From Leptolyngbyaceae cyanobacterium (GTDB lineage: Bacteria; Cyanobacteriota; Cyanobacteriia; Phormidesmidales; Phormidesmidaceae): a stretch of 64,000 nt of DNA. The position numbers and the translations under genes were made by a program. Position 1 is the first letter of the stretch. Every line of letters starts with the position of its first letter. Positions 34,261-45,924 of this stretch are shown in pieces. The notes below the pieces were generated by a model, which ran no database searches, was not told the DNA's origin, and saw only the letters and a list, made by a program, of their open reading frames with translations. The stretch covers positions 992,001 through 1,056,000 of the forward strand of contig CBDHHL010000032.1 in NCBI GenBank assembly GCA_965263355.1. The letters run 5' to 3'.

Positions 34261-34794
34261 ATGTCATTATCTGTGCTTACTATTCCCACTGAAAACCTGG
34301 AAACATTGGCGACTGGATTTTTTGAACGATCTGTGGGGCAATGGACATCCCAGCGTCGTTACTACACGCTCAAAAATGGGGAAACCCAAGAAGTCGTCAG
34401 CCATCTAACCATTGAATTTCTGGAAAGCGGGCATCCTAACTTACTCGCTTTAGCAGAGGTCCATGGTTTAGATCAGGGATTGGTCTGTGGTGTTCAGTTT
34501 GCGTGGGAAAGTAATTACATTAGTCACAGCCGCAAGCAATCCACTGGTTCCACGGCATTTGGGATTCGCGATAATATGCTCTACCGTGATCGCGGGTTTG
34601 CTACCACCAAACCTGTCGTAGCCACTTATCAACTACGCGATCGCAACACCATGCAGTTGCACACCGAATACAACGGTTCTGCATTTGATGAGGAGCTCAA
34701 ACTCGTCGGCGCAAACCACCGCACCCGCCAAACTATAATCTCCCGCGCTGGACAGGAAATTATGATTGGTCAATACTTAGAGACACGGATCTAA
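34261..34794 (+). CDS. S/U-clan phycobiliprotein lyase-like protein (CpcV-like)
   Basis: FF..S.G.W.SQRRYY, RDRGF, EE.KL, RTRQTIISR, GQYLE. Confidence 0.7.
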   Translation: MSLSVLTIPTENLETLATGFFERSVGQWTSQRRYYTLKNGETQEVVSHLTIEFLESGHPNLLALAEVHGLDQGLVCGVQFAWESNYISHSRKQSTGSTAFGIRDNMLYRDRGFATTKPVVATYQLRDRNTMQLHTEYNGSAFDEELKLVGANHRTRQTIISRAGQEIMIGQYLETRI

Positions 34795-35001
34795 ACTCTA
34801 GTTTTAGATGGATCGAACTTTATTACGCATCGATGAAGTCCCTAATGCAGCGTCAATGCTAAAAATTAGGGCTCTGTATTGATGAAAAGTACTAGCGTCA
34901 GTCATGCCCCAGGGCTATAGGGTAAAGAGTCACTCTTCATCCTGTTTGACTCTTTACTCTTCATCAGTCTTCTTATCCAAAATCTTAAGCTTGACGGATC
35001 A

Positions 35002-35844
35002 CTAGCTTTCAGATAACTCACTTTCTAAACTGCGGCGGGTAGTGTTGCGAGTTAGACCATTCCACACATCCAATTCACCAGCACCACGACCGAGCAGTTG
35101 CCCCCTTGTGTTGGATGTCAATCCTTGAGCCATGGTGAAATCTGCGCCAGCAATATTGCCCACCATGTCAAACTCCACACCCGTTAAATCGGCTGCCCGC
35201 AGGTCAGCTTTTTGAAACTCAGTACCACTCACACGGGCATTGCGCAGGCTGGCACCGGTCAGAAACGCCTTTTGCAAGTTAGCACCACTTAAGCTGGCAT
35301 CATCCAAAATTGCACCGGTTAAGTCGGCACCACTCAGGTAAGCGCCCAACAACTTGGCCCGCCGCAAGTTGGCACCACGCAAATAGGCCGTATTCAGAAA
35401 CGCACCATTGAGTACAGCTTCTGGCCCCACAGCTCCGGAGCTTTGATAACGAAAGCCCTCTGGCCACTGGGTATGGTCATCGTAAAGGGCGATAGTTAAC
35501 TTAGCCTCGTCTAACACGGTGTTGATAAAATTAGCGCCCCTGACATCAGCCCGATGGATAAAGGCTCCGGTGAGATTGGCTCCGGTCAAGTTGGCCCCAC
35601 TCAGGTCTACACCACGCAAATCAGCTTTTTGTAATTGGGCCCCACTCAGGTTAGCGCCTGTAAGGTTAGCCCCAATCAAAGTAACGGCTTGCAAACGAGT
35701 GCCCGCCAAATTCGTCTCTGATAAGTTGACTCGATACAAATCAAACCCACGCAAATCTTTGCCTGAGAGATCGGCCCCCGATAAGTCCTGGTGGACCGAC
35801 AGGCGCTCTAGCAAAGATGCGCTCAGAGTTTCGAGATGACTCAT
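35002..35844 (-). CDS. Pentapeptide repeat protein
   Basis: Many A(D/N)L.G pentapeptide units. Confidence 0.92.
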   Translation of the reverse strand: MSHLETLSASLLERLSVHQDLSGADLSGKDLRGFDLYRVNLSETNLAGTRLQAVTLIGANLTGANLSGAQLQKADLRGVDLSGANLTGANLTGAFIHRADVRGANFINTVLDEAKLTIALYDDHTQWPEGFRYQSSGAVGPEAVLNGAFLNTAYLRGANLRRAKLLGAYLSGADLTGAILDDASLSGANLQKAFLTGASLRNARVSGTEFQKADLRAADLTGVEFDMVGNIAGADFTMAQGLTSNTRGQLLGRGAGELDVWNGLTRNTTRRSLESELSES

Positions 35845-35947
35845 AGATGGCTAAACTTTGTAATTAAACCGTGTTCGTTAAGGTCAGTGTAACAGTGCCC
35901 TTGAACACCATCGTGAGCCAACCGCTATTTAATACGGACAATATCCC

Positions 35948-36538
35948 ATGTCATTTCAATCTCCCCTGACCATGATGGACTTCTTTCGCAAAAGTGAAGG
36001 CATCTGGTTTATTCAGAGAGCAGTACATCATTTTGACTCAGTGGCCGATGAGTCGGGAGAATCTAACCTAATTGTGGATGTTATCGAAGCTCACGATCCA
36101 CGAATTGTCGAAATTTGCCAGAGCCAAGGTGTAGATCCGTCTAAGGCCGCTGGCGGGGCTCAATTCTCCTGGCAGTCCAATACCAAAGAATTTACCTACA
36201 ATTCTGATTATGCCGCTATTCTAGTTGACCTACCCAATAACGACCAAGGGCGCACAGGTCAACTATTGCGCGACCGAGGCTACGTGGAAAATATGCCCGT
36301 TGTCGGACGATATGGCTTTGCCAACGATGGTGTTCTTACCATCGATAATGAATACGACAAAAACCAGGGACAAGAACGCTGCTGGTTCCTCTCCGACGAC
36401 TTTCGCGTACGGGTCAGCACAGCCCGTTTAGCCAATGGCATTAACCTGATGACCTATTGCTCAGAACGGCGATTTGTCACTGAAGATGACCTAACTGCCA
36501 TGGTAGAAACCAATGCTGCACGATTGCGTGCAGCATGA
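35948..36538 (+). CDS. cpeU: S/U-clan lyase subunit CpeU
   Basis: FFRKSEG.W..QR.VHHFD, RDRGYVE, QGQERCWF, YCSERR; upstream of pebA. Confidence 0.8.
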   Translation: MSFQSPLTMMDFFRKSEGIWFIQRAVHHFDSVADESGESNLIVDVIEAHDPRIVEICQSQGVDPSKAAGGAQFSWQSNTKEFTYNSDYAAILVDLPNNDQGRTGQLLRDRGYVENMPVVGRYGFANDGVLTIDNEYDKNQGQERCWFLSDDFRVRVSTARLANGINLMTYCSERRFVTEDDLTAMVETNAARLRAA

Positions 36539-36600
36539 TGTAACGGAATATGTCTTTGTCTCTAAGATTGAAGACAGGCTCCTCTGATATCTCCTATGCT
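36539..36600 (+). promoter_or_regulatory. Putative pebA promoter: upstream box, weak -35, -10
   Basis: TGTAACGGAATATGTCTTTGT-N11-AAGACA-N18-TATGCT. Confidence 0.68.
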
Positions 36601-36652
36601 GCAAATGGCAGAAGGTATCTGTCGTAACCGTTATAAATTAAGGCGAAGACAA

Positions 36653-37381
36653 ATGTACCGCCCTTTTCTAGAGCATTTAGAAACCTCCTTAAAAGAGAGA
36701 TTTGAACTACAACCACGGGCTATTCCAAAGGGGCTAGAGTGCAACATTAGCGAACGAGGGCGGAATCCAGCATCGATTCAAAGCTGGTGTTATCAGTCCC
36801 CCGAGCTTAGAAAAATTCGCTATACCTATATTGACGCTGGTAAAGGGGCACAGATATTTAACAGTGTCCTTTATCCTAGCCATTGCTACGATGTACCCCT
36901 ACTGGGGATTGACTTTTTGTCCTTTGGTAAAGTCAAGAACTTAATTGTTCTAGATTTCCAACCCTTGTTTCAGGATGAGGCCTACGAAGCTAAGTACCTG
37001 ATGCCGCTCAAGGAGTTGCGCGACAACTATGCTGAACTGGCACAGGGGCTAGAAATGAAGTTCTACGATGCTAATCAGTACTTTTCAAAGTATTTGTTAT
37101 TTGCCAAAACAGATGCCGAAACCGTGTCAACCCGTGTTTTGGCTGCCTTCAAAGATTACCTAGATCTCTATTGGCAAATTTTGGCCGAGGCTGAACCGCT
37201 AACTGCTGATGAAGAAATTGCCAGGGTCAAGAAAGCTCAAATCGACTACGACCAGTACAGCGCTGAACGTGATCCGGCCCATGGCCTTTTTAGTAGTTAC
37301 TTTGGTTCAGAATGGGCTGATCGTTTCCTCTATGAGTTTTTATTTGAGGATGCAGTTCCCTTAGCTGTTCAAGCTCACTAG
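36653..37381 (+). CDS. pebA: 15,16-dihydrobiliverdin:ferredoxin oxidoreductase
   Basis: [42 protein letters not shown]; start moved to ATG 36653. Confidence 0.93.
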   Translation: MYRPFLEHLETSLKERFELQPRAIPKGLECNISERGRNPASIQSWCYQSPELRKIRYTYIDAGKGAQIFNSVLYPSHCYDVPLLGIDFLSFGKVKNLIVLDFQPLFQDEAYEAKYLMPLKELRDNYAELAQGLEMKFYDANQYFSKYLLFAKTDAETVSTRVLAAFKDYLDLYWQILAEAEPLTADEEIARVKKAQIDYDQYSAERDPAHGLFSSYFGSEWADRFLYEFLFEDAVPLAVQAH

Positions 37382-37439
37382 TCACACCATACTGTTGCAT
37401 GATGGGGCACCCATAAGGGGGCCGCTATTATTTTTGTAT

Positions 37440-38183
37440 ATGACCTTATATCAACCGTTTTTAGACTATGCGATCGCAACTCTTCAAGATCGCTTAGACC
37501 TATCTCCCTATCCGATTCCCACTGGCTTTGAGAGCAACACAGCCACGACTGGCAAAGGTAAACGTGAAGTCACTGTACTGACCACCAGTCATGGCTATTG
37601 CTCCCCAAAACTACGGCAAATTCGGGCTGCCCATGTGCAGGCTGGGGATAGTTTACAGGTCCTTAACTTTGTCATCTTTCCTCAGCTAGAGTATGACCTG
37701 CCGTTTTTTGGGGGAGACTTGGTGACATTGCCAGGTGGCCATCTGATTGCTATTGACATGCAGCCTCTATTTCGGGATAGCCAGGATTACCAAACTCGCT
37801 ATAGCGATCCGATCATGCCCATGTTTCAGCACTATCAACAGTACTTACCTTGGGGTGGCGACTTTCCAGAAGAAGCCCAACCCTTCTTTTCCCCTGCATT
37901 TTTGTGGACCCGTCCCCCTGAACTAGAGGACGTAACTACCCATGTATTCAATGCCTTCAAAGACTATCTCAATGCTTACATCGGCTTTGTAGAACAAGCC
38001 CAGCCCATCACCGACCCTGAACGCCTCAAAGCCATTGAAAAAGCCCAACTGAGCTATATTCGCTATCGAGCCGAGAAAGACCCGGCCCGAGGAATGCTAA
38101 CCCGCTACTACGGAGCCGAATGGACCGAAGAATATATCCATGGCTTTCTATTTGATTTAGAACGTCATCTACAAACTGCTTAG
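37440..38183 (+). CDS. pebB: Phycoerythrobilin:ferredoxin oxidoreductase
   Basis: [38 protein letters not shown]; start moved to ATG 37440. Confidence 0.93.
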   Translation: MTLYQPFLDYAIATLQDRLDLSPYPIPTGFESNTATTGKGKREVTVLTTSHGYCSPKLRQIRAAHVQAGDSLQVLNFVIFPQLEYDLPFFGGDLVTLPGGHLIAIDMQPLFRDSQDYQTRYSDPIMPMFQHYQQYLPWGGDFPEEAQPFFSPAFLWTRPPELEDVTTHVFNAFKDYLNAYIGFVEQAQPITDPERLKAIEKAQLSYIRYRAEKDPARGMLTRYYGAEWTEEYIHGFLFDLERHLQTA

Positions 38184-38934
38184 ATATGCCCAAAATGCTG
38201 TAAGGGCGCTCAGAAAAACTAGCAAAAGAGAGTAAGTGGACGAGAGCAACAACTTGCCCCCACCTGACTTTTCCTACTAAGTCCTAAAAGCCTCTGATAG
38301 CAAGGGTTTTAAAATTCAGGCCGATTCCTAATAAACTTGCGTTATTGAAAATTCATCACGAGGTTTTAGGGCTTCTAGCCCGCTAAAATCGAGCAGGTTT
38401 TTCTCTCAAAAAGATAATGGGAAAAGTCAGGCCCCCACTTACTCTTTTTTCTGACAACTGTTTTGATTGACAGAAAACAAATCCCGTGCTTTAGAGACTT
38501 TTTTAGCCTCAACACAGCATTAGTTATGACAATCAGAAAATCTAACGTATTTTTTAGGGGTTTGTCTGTTACCGGCTCCCCACAACCCTTATAATTCGTA
38601 ATATATTGCGCCCCCGTCGCAGTATATAAAATAGAAGAACGGCTTTGAACAGACAAGTTTGTAGCTGTTTTCTACGGATGCCAAAAACATCATCGAATTG
38701 CATTAGGTGAAGTTTCTTTAAGTTTCTTAGATTCGTACCCTATTCGCTTTAATCTTCAAGTTGGGGAGAGCGAAGTTTGCTGAGATGATTAATGGCTTCT
38801 GTGAAAGATGTTTCAGATTGTCTGCATTCGCCTATCTATGTTTGAAACTGTTTTTAATACAGTTACTTGACGGGTTCTCGTCCCCACTTTTTTGGAAACT
38901 TACTTCGACGAATCAAATTTAGGAGAGTCAATCT

Positions 38935-39453
38935 ATGTTTGATGCGTTTGCTAAGGTCGTCTCCCAGGCTGATGCAAGAGGCGAATATCTCAGCAGTGCT
39001 CAATTGGACGCTTTATCTGCAATGGTTGCTGACAGCAACAAGCGGATGGATGCGGTTAACCGTATCACTAGTAATGCGTCTGCCATCGTTACAAATTCCG
39101 CTCGTGCCCTATTTGCCGAGCAGCCTTCGTTGATTGCTCCTGGTGGTAATGCTTACACCAGTCGTCGTAATGCAGCTTGCTTGCGCGACATGGAAATCAT
39201 CTTGCGCTATGTAACTTACGCTATCTTCACTGGTGATGCTAGCGTCCTTGATGATCGTTGCTTAAACGGTCTACGTGAAACCTATATTGCTCTTGGTACT
39301 CCTGGTGCTTCTGTTGCCATCGGTGTTGAGAAGATGAAGGAAGCTGCCATTGCGATCGCTAGCGATTCCAACGGCATTACTCCTGGTGATTGCTCTAGCC
39401 TAATGGCTGAGATTTCTACTTACTTTGATCGTGCAGCAGCAGCTGTTGCCTAA
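38935..39453 (+). CDS. cpcB: Phycocyanin beta subunit
   Basis: [34 protein letters not shown]. Confidence 0.95.
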   Translation: MFDAFAKVVSQADARGEYLSSAQLDALSAMVADSNKRMDAVNRITSNASAIVTNSARALFAEQPSLIAPGGNAYTSRRNAACLRDMEIILRYVTYAIFTGDASVLDDRCLNGLRETYIALGTPGASVAIGVEKMKEAAIAIASDSNGITPGDCSSLMAEISTYFDRAAAAVA

Positions 39454-39571
39454 GGCAACTCCCTAAATAACCTTTAGTGAGTTTGGTATTTGGCAGATAA
39501 AGAGAGTTCTCTGATCGCCTGCTTCCCTTTTCTGTCCGTATGTTTAGAAACTTTGGGAGATATCTCAAGCA

Positions 39572-40060
39572 ATGAAAACCCCTCTGACCGAAGCAGTATC
39601 CGCTGCTGATTCTCAAGGTCGTTTCCTAAGTTCCACTGAGGTCCAGTCTGCGTTTGGTCGTTTCCGTCAGGCTACTGCCGGATTGGAAGCTGCTAAAACT
39701 TTAACTGCTAAGGCTGATAGCCTATGCTCTGGTGCAGCCAACGCTGTTTACAGTAAGTTTCCCTACACCACTTCCACTCCCGGTCCAAGCTATGCTTCTG
39801 ATCAGCGTGGTAAGGAAAAGTGCGTGCGTGATGTCGGCTACTATCTACGCATGGTTACCTACTGCTTAATTGTTGGTGGTACTGGTCCTATGGACGATTA
39901 CCTAGTAGCTGGTTTAGATGAGATTAATCGTGCCTACGAATTGTCTCCTAGCTGGTACATTGAAGCGCTGAAGTATATCAAGGCTAACCATGGTTTAAGT
40001 GGTGATCCTGCTACTGAGGCTAATTCCTACATCGATTACGCTATTAACGCTCTAAGCTAA
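39572..40060 (+). CDS. cpcA: Phycocyanin alpha subunit
   Basis: [32 protein letters not shown]. Confidence 0.95.
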   Translation: MKTPLTEAVSAADSQGRFLSSTEVQSAFGRFRQATAGLEAAKTLTAKADSLCSGAANAVYSKFPYTTSTPGPSYASDQRGKEKCVRDVGYYLRMVTYCLIVGGTGPMDDYLVAGLDEINRAYELSPSWYIEALKYIKANHGLSGDPATEANSYIDYAINALS

Positions 40061-40198
40061 TTGAATCTTTAGCCTATGGCAAGTTGCTATATCGGTTAAG
40101 TTTCAATTAATTACCCAGAGGCATTTGTGATCGCTTACTAGCGTTTGCAACTACCTCTGGGTTTGTTCTATTTGAACGTTATAGATTCGAGGTAATTT

Positions 40199-41041
40199 GT
40201 GAGCGATATTCCCCACAATCCAGATGGTAAGCCCTTAACCGTTGATCAGGCGTTGACCAATATCAACCAAACTGCTGATCCAGGGTTACGTTATTACGCA
40301 GCCTGGTGGTTAGGTAAGATGCGTATTTGCCAGCCGGAAGCAATAGAGGCTCTGCTGATGGCACTGGAGGATCAAGATACTGGTCGTTCGCCAGATGGTG
40401 GTTATCCCCTGTGGCGTAATGCTGTTACAGCTCTGGGGAAAATTGGTCAAGGCGATGACAGGGTGGTGTCGGCGCTGATTCATTGTCTTCATTGCGATGA
40501 CTATTACGTGAGAGAAAAAGCTGCCCAGTCCCTTGAAAGTTTAGGTGAACCGGATGCTGTCCCTCATCTGGTAAATTTGCTGGATGGTGGTATCGAAACA
40601 GCAGTCCAGGTGCCCGACAAGCCCCACCTGGTGCAGCCTTACAACGCTATTTTAGAAGCGCTAGGAACCTTAGGAAATGCAGAATTGGCAACAATTATTG
40701 CGCCTTTTTTAGACCATGAAGTCCCCCAAGTGCGGAATGCAGCGGCCCGGGCAATGTATCAAGTTACTGGGAAAGCTGAATATGCCGAACAGTTGGTTAA
40801 AGTTCTAGACGATGACCAACTACAGCTGCGACGAGCAGCTCTAATGGACTTAGGAGACATAGGCTATTTAGGCGGGGCTGATGCGATCGCTAACACTCTG
40901 GCGGAAAATAGCATGAAGCTGATCGCTCTAAAGGGTGTGCTTGAACATCAAATCAATATTGAGAGAGAATCTGGACAAAACACCATACCCCTGTCTGCCG
41001 ATAGCCGTCGGGTAATGGAGTTAATGGATAGTTTGTTGTGA
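40199..41041 (+). CDS. cpcE: Phycocyanin alpha-subunit lyase CpcE
   Basis: RYYAAWWLG, GGYPL.RNA, DYYVRE, C-terminal LMDSLL. Confidence 0.9.
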   Translation: MSDIPHNPDGKPLTVDQALTNINQTADPGLRYYAAWWLGKMRICQPEAIEALLMALEDQDTGRSPDGGYPLWRNAVTALGKIGQGDDRVVSALIHCLHCDDYYVREKAAQSLESLGEPDAVPHLVNLLDGGIETAVQVPDKPHLVQPYNAILEALGTLGNAELATIIAPFLDHEVPQVRNAAARAMYQVTGKAEYAEQLVKVLDDDQLQLRRAALMDLGDIGYLGGADAIANTLAENSMKLIALKGVLEHQINIERESGQNTIPLSADSRRVMELMDSLL

Positions 41042-41673
41042 TGGTTGCCTCACGGAACACGTTTGACATCTGCTTGCAAGCCGTTAATGATGCGGAGTCT
41101 GCCCAAGGCTTACTAGATGCCGTAGAAGATTTAGCCCGTCTGACGGATGAGCGTTCAATTCCCACCTTGATTCAAGTATTGGGGTTTAATAACCCAGGCG
41201 CAGCGGTAGCCGCCGTCGAAGGGTTGATCCAAATTGGAATTCCAGCCGTATCCCTCCTTTTGGATCAATTGGACGGTTATAACTATGGTGCTAGAGCTTG
41301 GGCAATTCGCGCCCTGGCAGGTATTGGCGACCCCCGTGGACAGACTCTTTTACTAGATGCCGCTGTCAATGATTTTTCTCTGAGTGTACGCCGAGCCGCT
41401 GCCCGTGGGCTAGGCACAATTCGCTGGGTTGAGATACCAGACAATCAACGTGACTTGGCCATGATGCGATCGCAAACAGTACTGCTTCAGGTCACCCATG
41501 ACGAAGAGTGGGTCGTACGCTATGCAGCCGTCGTTGGGTTAGAAACCCTTGCCCTAAAATTGATTGAAACAACAGAGATTATTCAACATCTGCGTCAGCT
41601 ACAACAGCATGATGAAGCGCCTGTCATCCAGGCAAGGGCGCAATGGGCTTTAGAAAAATTAGACAAAAAGTAG
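41038..41673 (+). CDS. cpcF: Phycocyanin alpha-subunit lyase CpcF
   Basis: GFNNPGAAVAAV, YNYGARAWA, EWVVRYAA; start overlaps cpcE stop. Confidence 0.9.
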   Translation: MMVASRNTFDICLQAVNDAESAQGLLDAVEDLARLTDERSIPTLIQVLGFNNPGAAVAAVEGLIQIGIPAVSLLLDQLDGYNYGARAWAIRALAGIGDPRGQTLLLDAAVNDFSLSVRRAAARGLGTIRWVEIPDNQRDLAMMRSQTVLLQVTHDEEWVVRYAAVVGLETLALKLIETTEIIQHLRQLQQHDEAPVIQARAQWALEKLDKK

Positions 41674-41683
41674 ATTCAAATAA

Positions 41684-41718
41684 AAATGGGTAGGGCACAG
41701 ACTATGCCTTACCCATTT
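41684..41718. terminator. Hairpin between convergent cpcF and cysC
   Basis: aaatgggtagggca-cagacta-tgccttacccattt. Confidence 0.7.
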
Positions 41719-41772
41719 GTTTATCCCAAAGAAGACAATTCGTTATGACAACAAAGAGCCATTCGCTGATAC

Positions 41773-42315
41773 TTAAACAGCAACAGGAGCTAAATAACCA
41801 AGCTCTTCAAGCTTTGCCATAACTTTGTTTACAGACTCGTCAAGAGTCTCGTTAACAGTCTCGCAATTAACTTCAGGGTTTAGAGGTTCCTCATAGGGAT
41901 CGCTGATGCCAGTGAAGTTCTTGATTTCACCAGCACGAGCTTTCTTGTACAAACCTTTAACATCGCGCTGTTCGCACACTTCAACCGGAGTGTTGGCAAA
42001 AACTTCAACAAAGTCACCGATGCGCTGACGCACCTGGTCCCGCACGTCACGATAGGGAGAGATCGCCGAAACCAGAACAATCACACCGTTTCGAGTCAGC
42101 AAGTTGGAAACAAAACCAATGCGACGAACATTTTCATCGCGATCTTCTTTGCTGAACCCCAACCCCTTGGTAAGGTTAGTCCGAACAATATCACCATCTA
42201 GAACTTCAAGTTTGGCACCAGCCGCCCGTAGTTTTTTCTCTAGGGCTTGACTAATGGTGGTTTTACCTGAACCACTTAAGCCAGTAAACCAAACGGTTAC
42301 TCCACGATGTTGCAT
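41773..42315 (-). CDS. cysC: Adenylyl-sulfate kinase
   Basis: WFTGLSGSGKTT, LDGD, RDVKGLY, FTGISDPYE. Confidence 0.96.
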   Translation of the reverse strand: MQHRGVTVWFTGLSGSGKTTISQALEKKLRAAGAKLEVLDGDIVRTNLTKGLGFSKEDRDENVRRIGFVSNLLTRNGVIVLVSAISPYRDVRDQVRQRIGDFVEVFANTPVEVCEQRDVKGLYKKARAGEIKNFTGISDPYEEPLNPEVNCETVNETLDESVNKVMAKLEELGYLAPVAV

Positions 42316-42518
42316 ATAAAGATACTCCTAAAAACTATATTTGAACGCTACCCATATTCACACGGCAGTATTATACGTTACTAATCTTTACAGATAGGTA
42401 GCACAAGTAACGTTCCACCCATTGCACATTTACAGTCAATTTACATAAGTTAATCCACTGTAGGATTTTAGCTTCAAATAACAAACTGTTTAACTAAAAT
42501 TGTAAACGGATTAGTTCC

Positions 42519-44318
42519 TTAAAGACCGTAAAGCCAGATTGCTAACGGAGGGGTCACCAAAGCCAATACTAGACTTAGTGGACCTCCAACCCTGACAAAA
42601 TCTAAAAAGCGATAGCCTCCTGCCGTATAAACCATAGTGTTTGTCTGATAGCCAATAGGGGTCATAAAACTGTTAGACGCCGCAAAGGTAATGACAAACA
42701 TCACCGTAAATGCATTTAAGCCTAACTCAGATGCCACCCTTAACCCCACTGGCAACAGCAAAATCACCGCAGCACTATTGGACAAGATGCTAGATAGCAC
42801 CGTTGTTAGCACATACAGAACGCTGAGCAACCCATACCCTGATAGACTCCCACCAATGGAAATAAGTTGCTGAGCCAGCAAAGCCGTCGCCCCTGAGCTT
42901 TCCATGGCAGTGCCCAGCGGAATTAAACAGGCCAGCAGGAAAATGACATCCCAGCGAACGGCTTGATACAGTTCTCCTGGCTTGAGACAGCCGGTCAGAA
43001 TCATTAGCATTACTCCGGCCAGGGCTGAGACCAAAATATTGATGGGAGTAAATGCTGCGATCGCAACCACCCCCACCCCAATACCCATAGCTAAATTAGC
43101 CCGATCCGACCGCAGGCTTTCCAGGTCTCGCTGTTCTAGAACGAGTAAGTCACGGCTCGTTTGCAAACCCAGCAAACTTTGCTTTGGCCCCTGCACTAAA
43201 AGCAAATCACCAAACTTAAGCCGAACTTTTCCCATGCGTTCACGCACCAGGTCTTGACCACGGCGAATCGCCAAAACCGTCACGTTATAGCGCTGTCGAA
43301 AGCGCAAATCCTTCAAGGTGGACCCCACCAAGTTAGAATTAGCAATCACCAACGCCTCGGCCACACCCTCCTGACCTGAACTCAAATCTGCCTGCCAGGA
43401 CTTTTGGCCAAACTGGACATCGGGCAAAATCTCAATGCCTTCGCCATCCCGGATTTTTAGCAAATCATCCCGTCTGCCCCGCACCAGTAAAATATCCCCC
43501 GCGCACAGGGATTTATCCCCCAGGGGTTGAGGGAAATGATTACCATTACGGATAATTTCCAGCACATCCAGGTCAAAGCGCCGCTGCAGCTGACTAGACT
43601 GCAAGGTTTGTCCCACCAGACTAGACCGTGGCGTTATCACCACCTCACTCACATATTCTTTGAGACCATATTCCTGACTGAGACTACTGTCAGACACATC
43701 TCGACTGGGTAATAACAGTGGGGCAATAAACGTGAGATAGAGCAATCCCACCACAAAGATGACAGCTCCCAGTTCAATAAACTGAAACAGGGAAAACGCC
43801 CCATAGCCCAGCTGATCGGATAGTCCACTGGCCAAGACGCTGGTGGAGGTACCGACCACCGTTAACATGCCACCCAAAATGGTGGCAAAGGACAGCGGCA
43901 TCAGAAGTTTCGATGGCGACAAACGGTGCTGCTGACAAAAGTCCTCAATGATGGGCAAAAACACCGACACCACTGCCGTGTTATTGATTAACCCTGAAAT
44001 TGGCCCCACAATCAGGCCTAGGGCAAAAATTTGACGGCGGCAGGTTTTCCCTCCCCACTGTAGCAACCAGTTACTAGCCTGCTGCAGTGCGCCTGTACGA
44101 GCAATGCCAGCACTCAGGATAAACATCGCCATCACCGTAATAGTGGCTGAGTTGCTAAACCCAGCAATCCCTTCCTGGGGCTCGACTAGCCCTAAAAGCA
44201 TTAGGGCAACCATCACCCCCAGGGCAGTAATATCCGCAGGTAGCCATTCGACAACAAATAGAATCAGGGCAACCAAGGTCACCCCTAGGGTCATAAGAAT
44301 TTGAATATCAATAGTCAT
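42519..44318 (-). CDS. SLC13/DASS permease with TrkA-C domains (possible sulfate transporter)
   Basis: NNTAVV, GTST, two RCK-C-like soluble repeats, TPIGYQTN; adjacent to cysC. Confidence 0.88.
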   Translation of the reverse strand: MTIDIQILMTLGVTLVALILFVVEWLPADITALGVMVALMLLGLVEPQEGIAGFSNSATITVMAMFILSAGIARTGALQQASNWLLQWGGKTCRRQIFALGLIVGPISGLINNTAVVSVFLPIIEDFCQQHRLSPSKLLMPLSFATILGGMLTVVGTSTSVLASGLSDQLGYGAFSLFQFIELGAVIFVVGLLYLTFIAPLLLPSRDVSDSSLSQEYGLKEYVSEVVITPRSSLVGQTLQSSQLQRRFDLDVLEIIRNGNHFPQPLGDKSLCAGDILLVRGRRDDLLKIRDGEGIEILPDVQFGQKSWQADLSSGQEGVAEALVIANSNLVGSTLKDLRFRQRYNVTVLAIRRGQDLVRERMGKVRLKFGDLLLVQGPKQSLLGLQTSRDLLVLEQRDLESLRSDRANLAMGIGVGVVAIAAFTPINILVSALAGVMLMILTGCLKPGELYQAVRWDVIFLLACLIPLGTAMESSGATALLAQQLISIGGSLSGYGLLSVLYVLTTVLSSILSNSAAVILLLPVGLRVASELGLNAFTVMFVITFAASNSFMTPIGYQTNTMVYTAGGYRFLDFVRVGGPLSLVLALVTPPLAIWLYGL

Positions 44319-44730
44319 ACATCACTAGCCAGACCCATAAAAAGTAAGTCGTAGCGTGAGAAATTACGTAATTATAAAAAGTTGAGAATATATAGCAAAA
44401 ACCCTATGGATCCGGAAATCTACTAGACTTCCCTACCTCAGAGCTTGAGGAAATATATGTCCTACCTGGCCAAGCCATAGAAAGCCATAGTGCCAAATAA
44501 TCCACCCTAAGGGTAGGCTCTTTGGTTAACCTACAGCAAGGAAAGCAAACTATTACAGTCCACCTCCGGGCATCACGTTAACTTAACAAATTAGGGCATC
44601 GGTAGACGCAATAACACCCATAGGCTGAGGCTAGATTATAGCTTTGCACCCATAGGTCACCACATTAGAGCTTCACAGACTAGTTGCTCCAATGATGAAC
44701 GGCGTTCGACATTACTTACAGAGGGTTTAG

Positions 44731-45885
44731 TCAGTTATCCGTCTGAAACCCAGCTAATTCTGGTAAAGCGCCACTGCGCCGCTGCTGCCGTTCAGTGATA
44801 AGCTTTGGCCGTAAATAAAGGTTTTCCAGTAACACCGCCCCGCCAGCAATCCATGGGGGGACAATCAACGCCCCGATAATGCCTAACACTTGGGTTCCCC
44901 CCAAGACAGCCAATAGCTGATAAAGCGGATGCACACCCACTGAAGAGCCGACTAGCAGCGGATCTAGAATATAAGTTTCAAGGTTTTGGGCGATCACATA
45001 TAGCAAAAGCACCCACCAAAAGGTCCAACCGCCTTGGGGAATTGCGACTAATAAGGCCGGAATCGCCCCTAAAATTGGCCCTAGAAACGGGATTAGATTG
45101 GTCACACCTGCGATCGCACCCAGCCCCACCGCCAAGTCCTTCAGGCCAATAAAACTCAACCCAACAGTAGTGGCCACAGACAATAGGGCAGATACCACAA
45201 ACCGCCCCCGCAAATAGCCACCAATCCGCTGAGCCATGGGGGGCATCTGAGCCAAAATTCGTTCATCCCATGGACTTGGCAGTAACCGGGTCAAATTTTT
45301 TACCAGGGTCCGACTGTCAGCCACCATGTAGCCTGACACAAATAACGCCAGGACTAAACTCAGTACACTCCCTAAGATGCCAGCGGTCACACCATAGGAA
45401 CGCACTAGCAGCTGTTGACTTGAGCGGATGGTCCAGCTGATTAGACTCTGAACATCGATCAGTTGGGTAAAGAGTTCATTTGTCGTAAATGAGCGGGTAT
45501 CAGTAAACGCCGTCAACCAGGCATCTGCCTCATTCAGCAACCCACGAATAGCAACTGGCACACGACGGATTATCCGTTCTAGTTGTTCAAATACCGTCGG
45601 GCCAATCAAGACTCCCAACAATACCAGACCACCGATTAGCATCAGATAAACCAAAATCACGCTCAGCCAACGGGGTACCCGATACTGCTCAGCCCAATCC
45701 ACCACTGGCGCGATGGTACAGGCTAACACCACTGAAATCATTACCAGCAGCAACAAGCTTTTGAGCTGCCAAAGTATCACGAGAATAGGAATAGCGGCAA
45801 TCAACAGAACAATACTGCTGACCGATATCGTTAACCGCTGCGACGGGTTATTTGTCAAAGTTTCGGCCCAGGTTTCTTTGGCCAT
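44731..45885 (-). CDS. AI-2E family transporter
   Basis: YLRG, IPFLGP, QNLE...P, GVHP motifs. Confidence 0.88.
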   Translation of the reverse strand: MAKETWAETLTNNPSQRLTISVSSIVLLIAAIPILVILWQLKSLLLLVMISVVLACTIAPVVDWAEQYRVPRWLSVILVYLMLIGGLVLLGVLIGPTVFEQLERIIRRVPVAIRGLLNEADAWLTAFTDTRSFTTNELFTQLIDVQSLISWTIRSSQQLLVRSYGVTAGILGSVLSLVLALFVSGYMVADSRTLVKNLTRLLPSPWDERILAQMPPMAQRIGGYLRGRFVVSALLSVATTVGLSFIGLKDLAVGLGAIAGVTNLIPFLGPILGAIPALLVAIPQGGWTFWWVLLLYVIAQNLETYILDPLLVGSSVGVHPLYQLLAVLGGTQVLGIIGALIVPPWIAGGAVLLENLYLRPKLITERQQRRSGALPELAGFQTDN

Positions 45886-45924
45886 AAATGGCAATCGGGT
45901 TCAGTTTTATCAGTCTACTGGCCT

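Noticed and set aside
36596..36652. Longer N-terminus for PebA
   Set aside because: That ATG lies inside the predicted -10 box; family similarity begins at MYRPF
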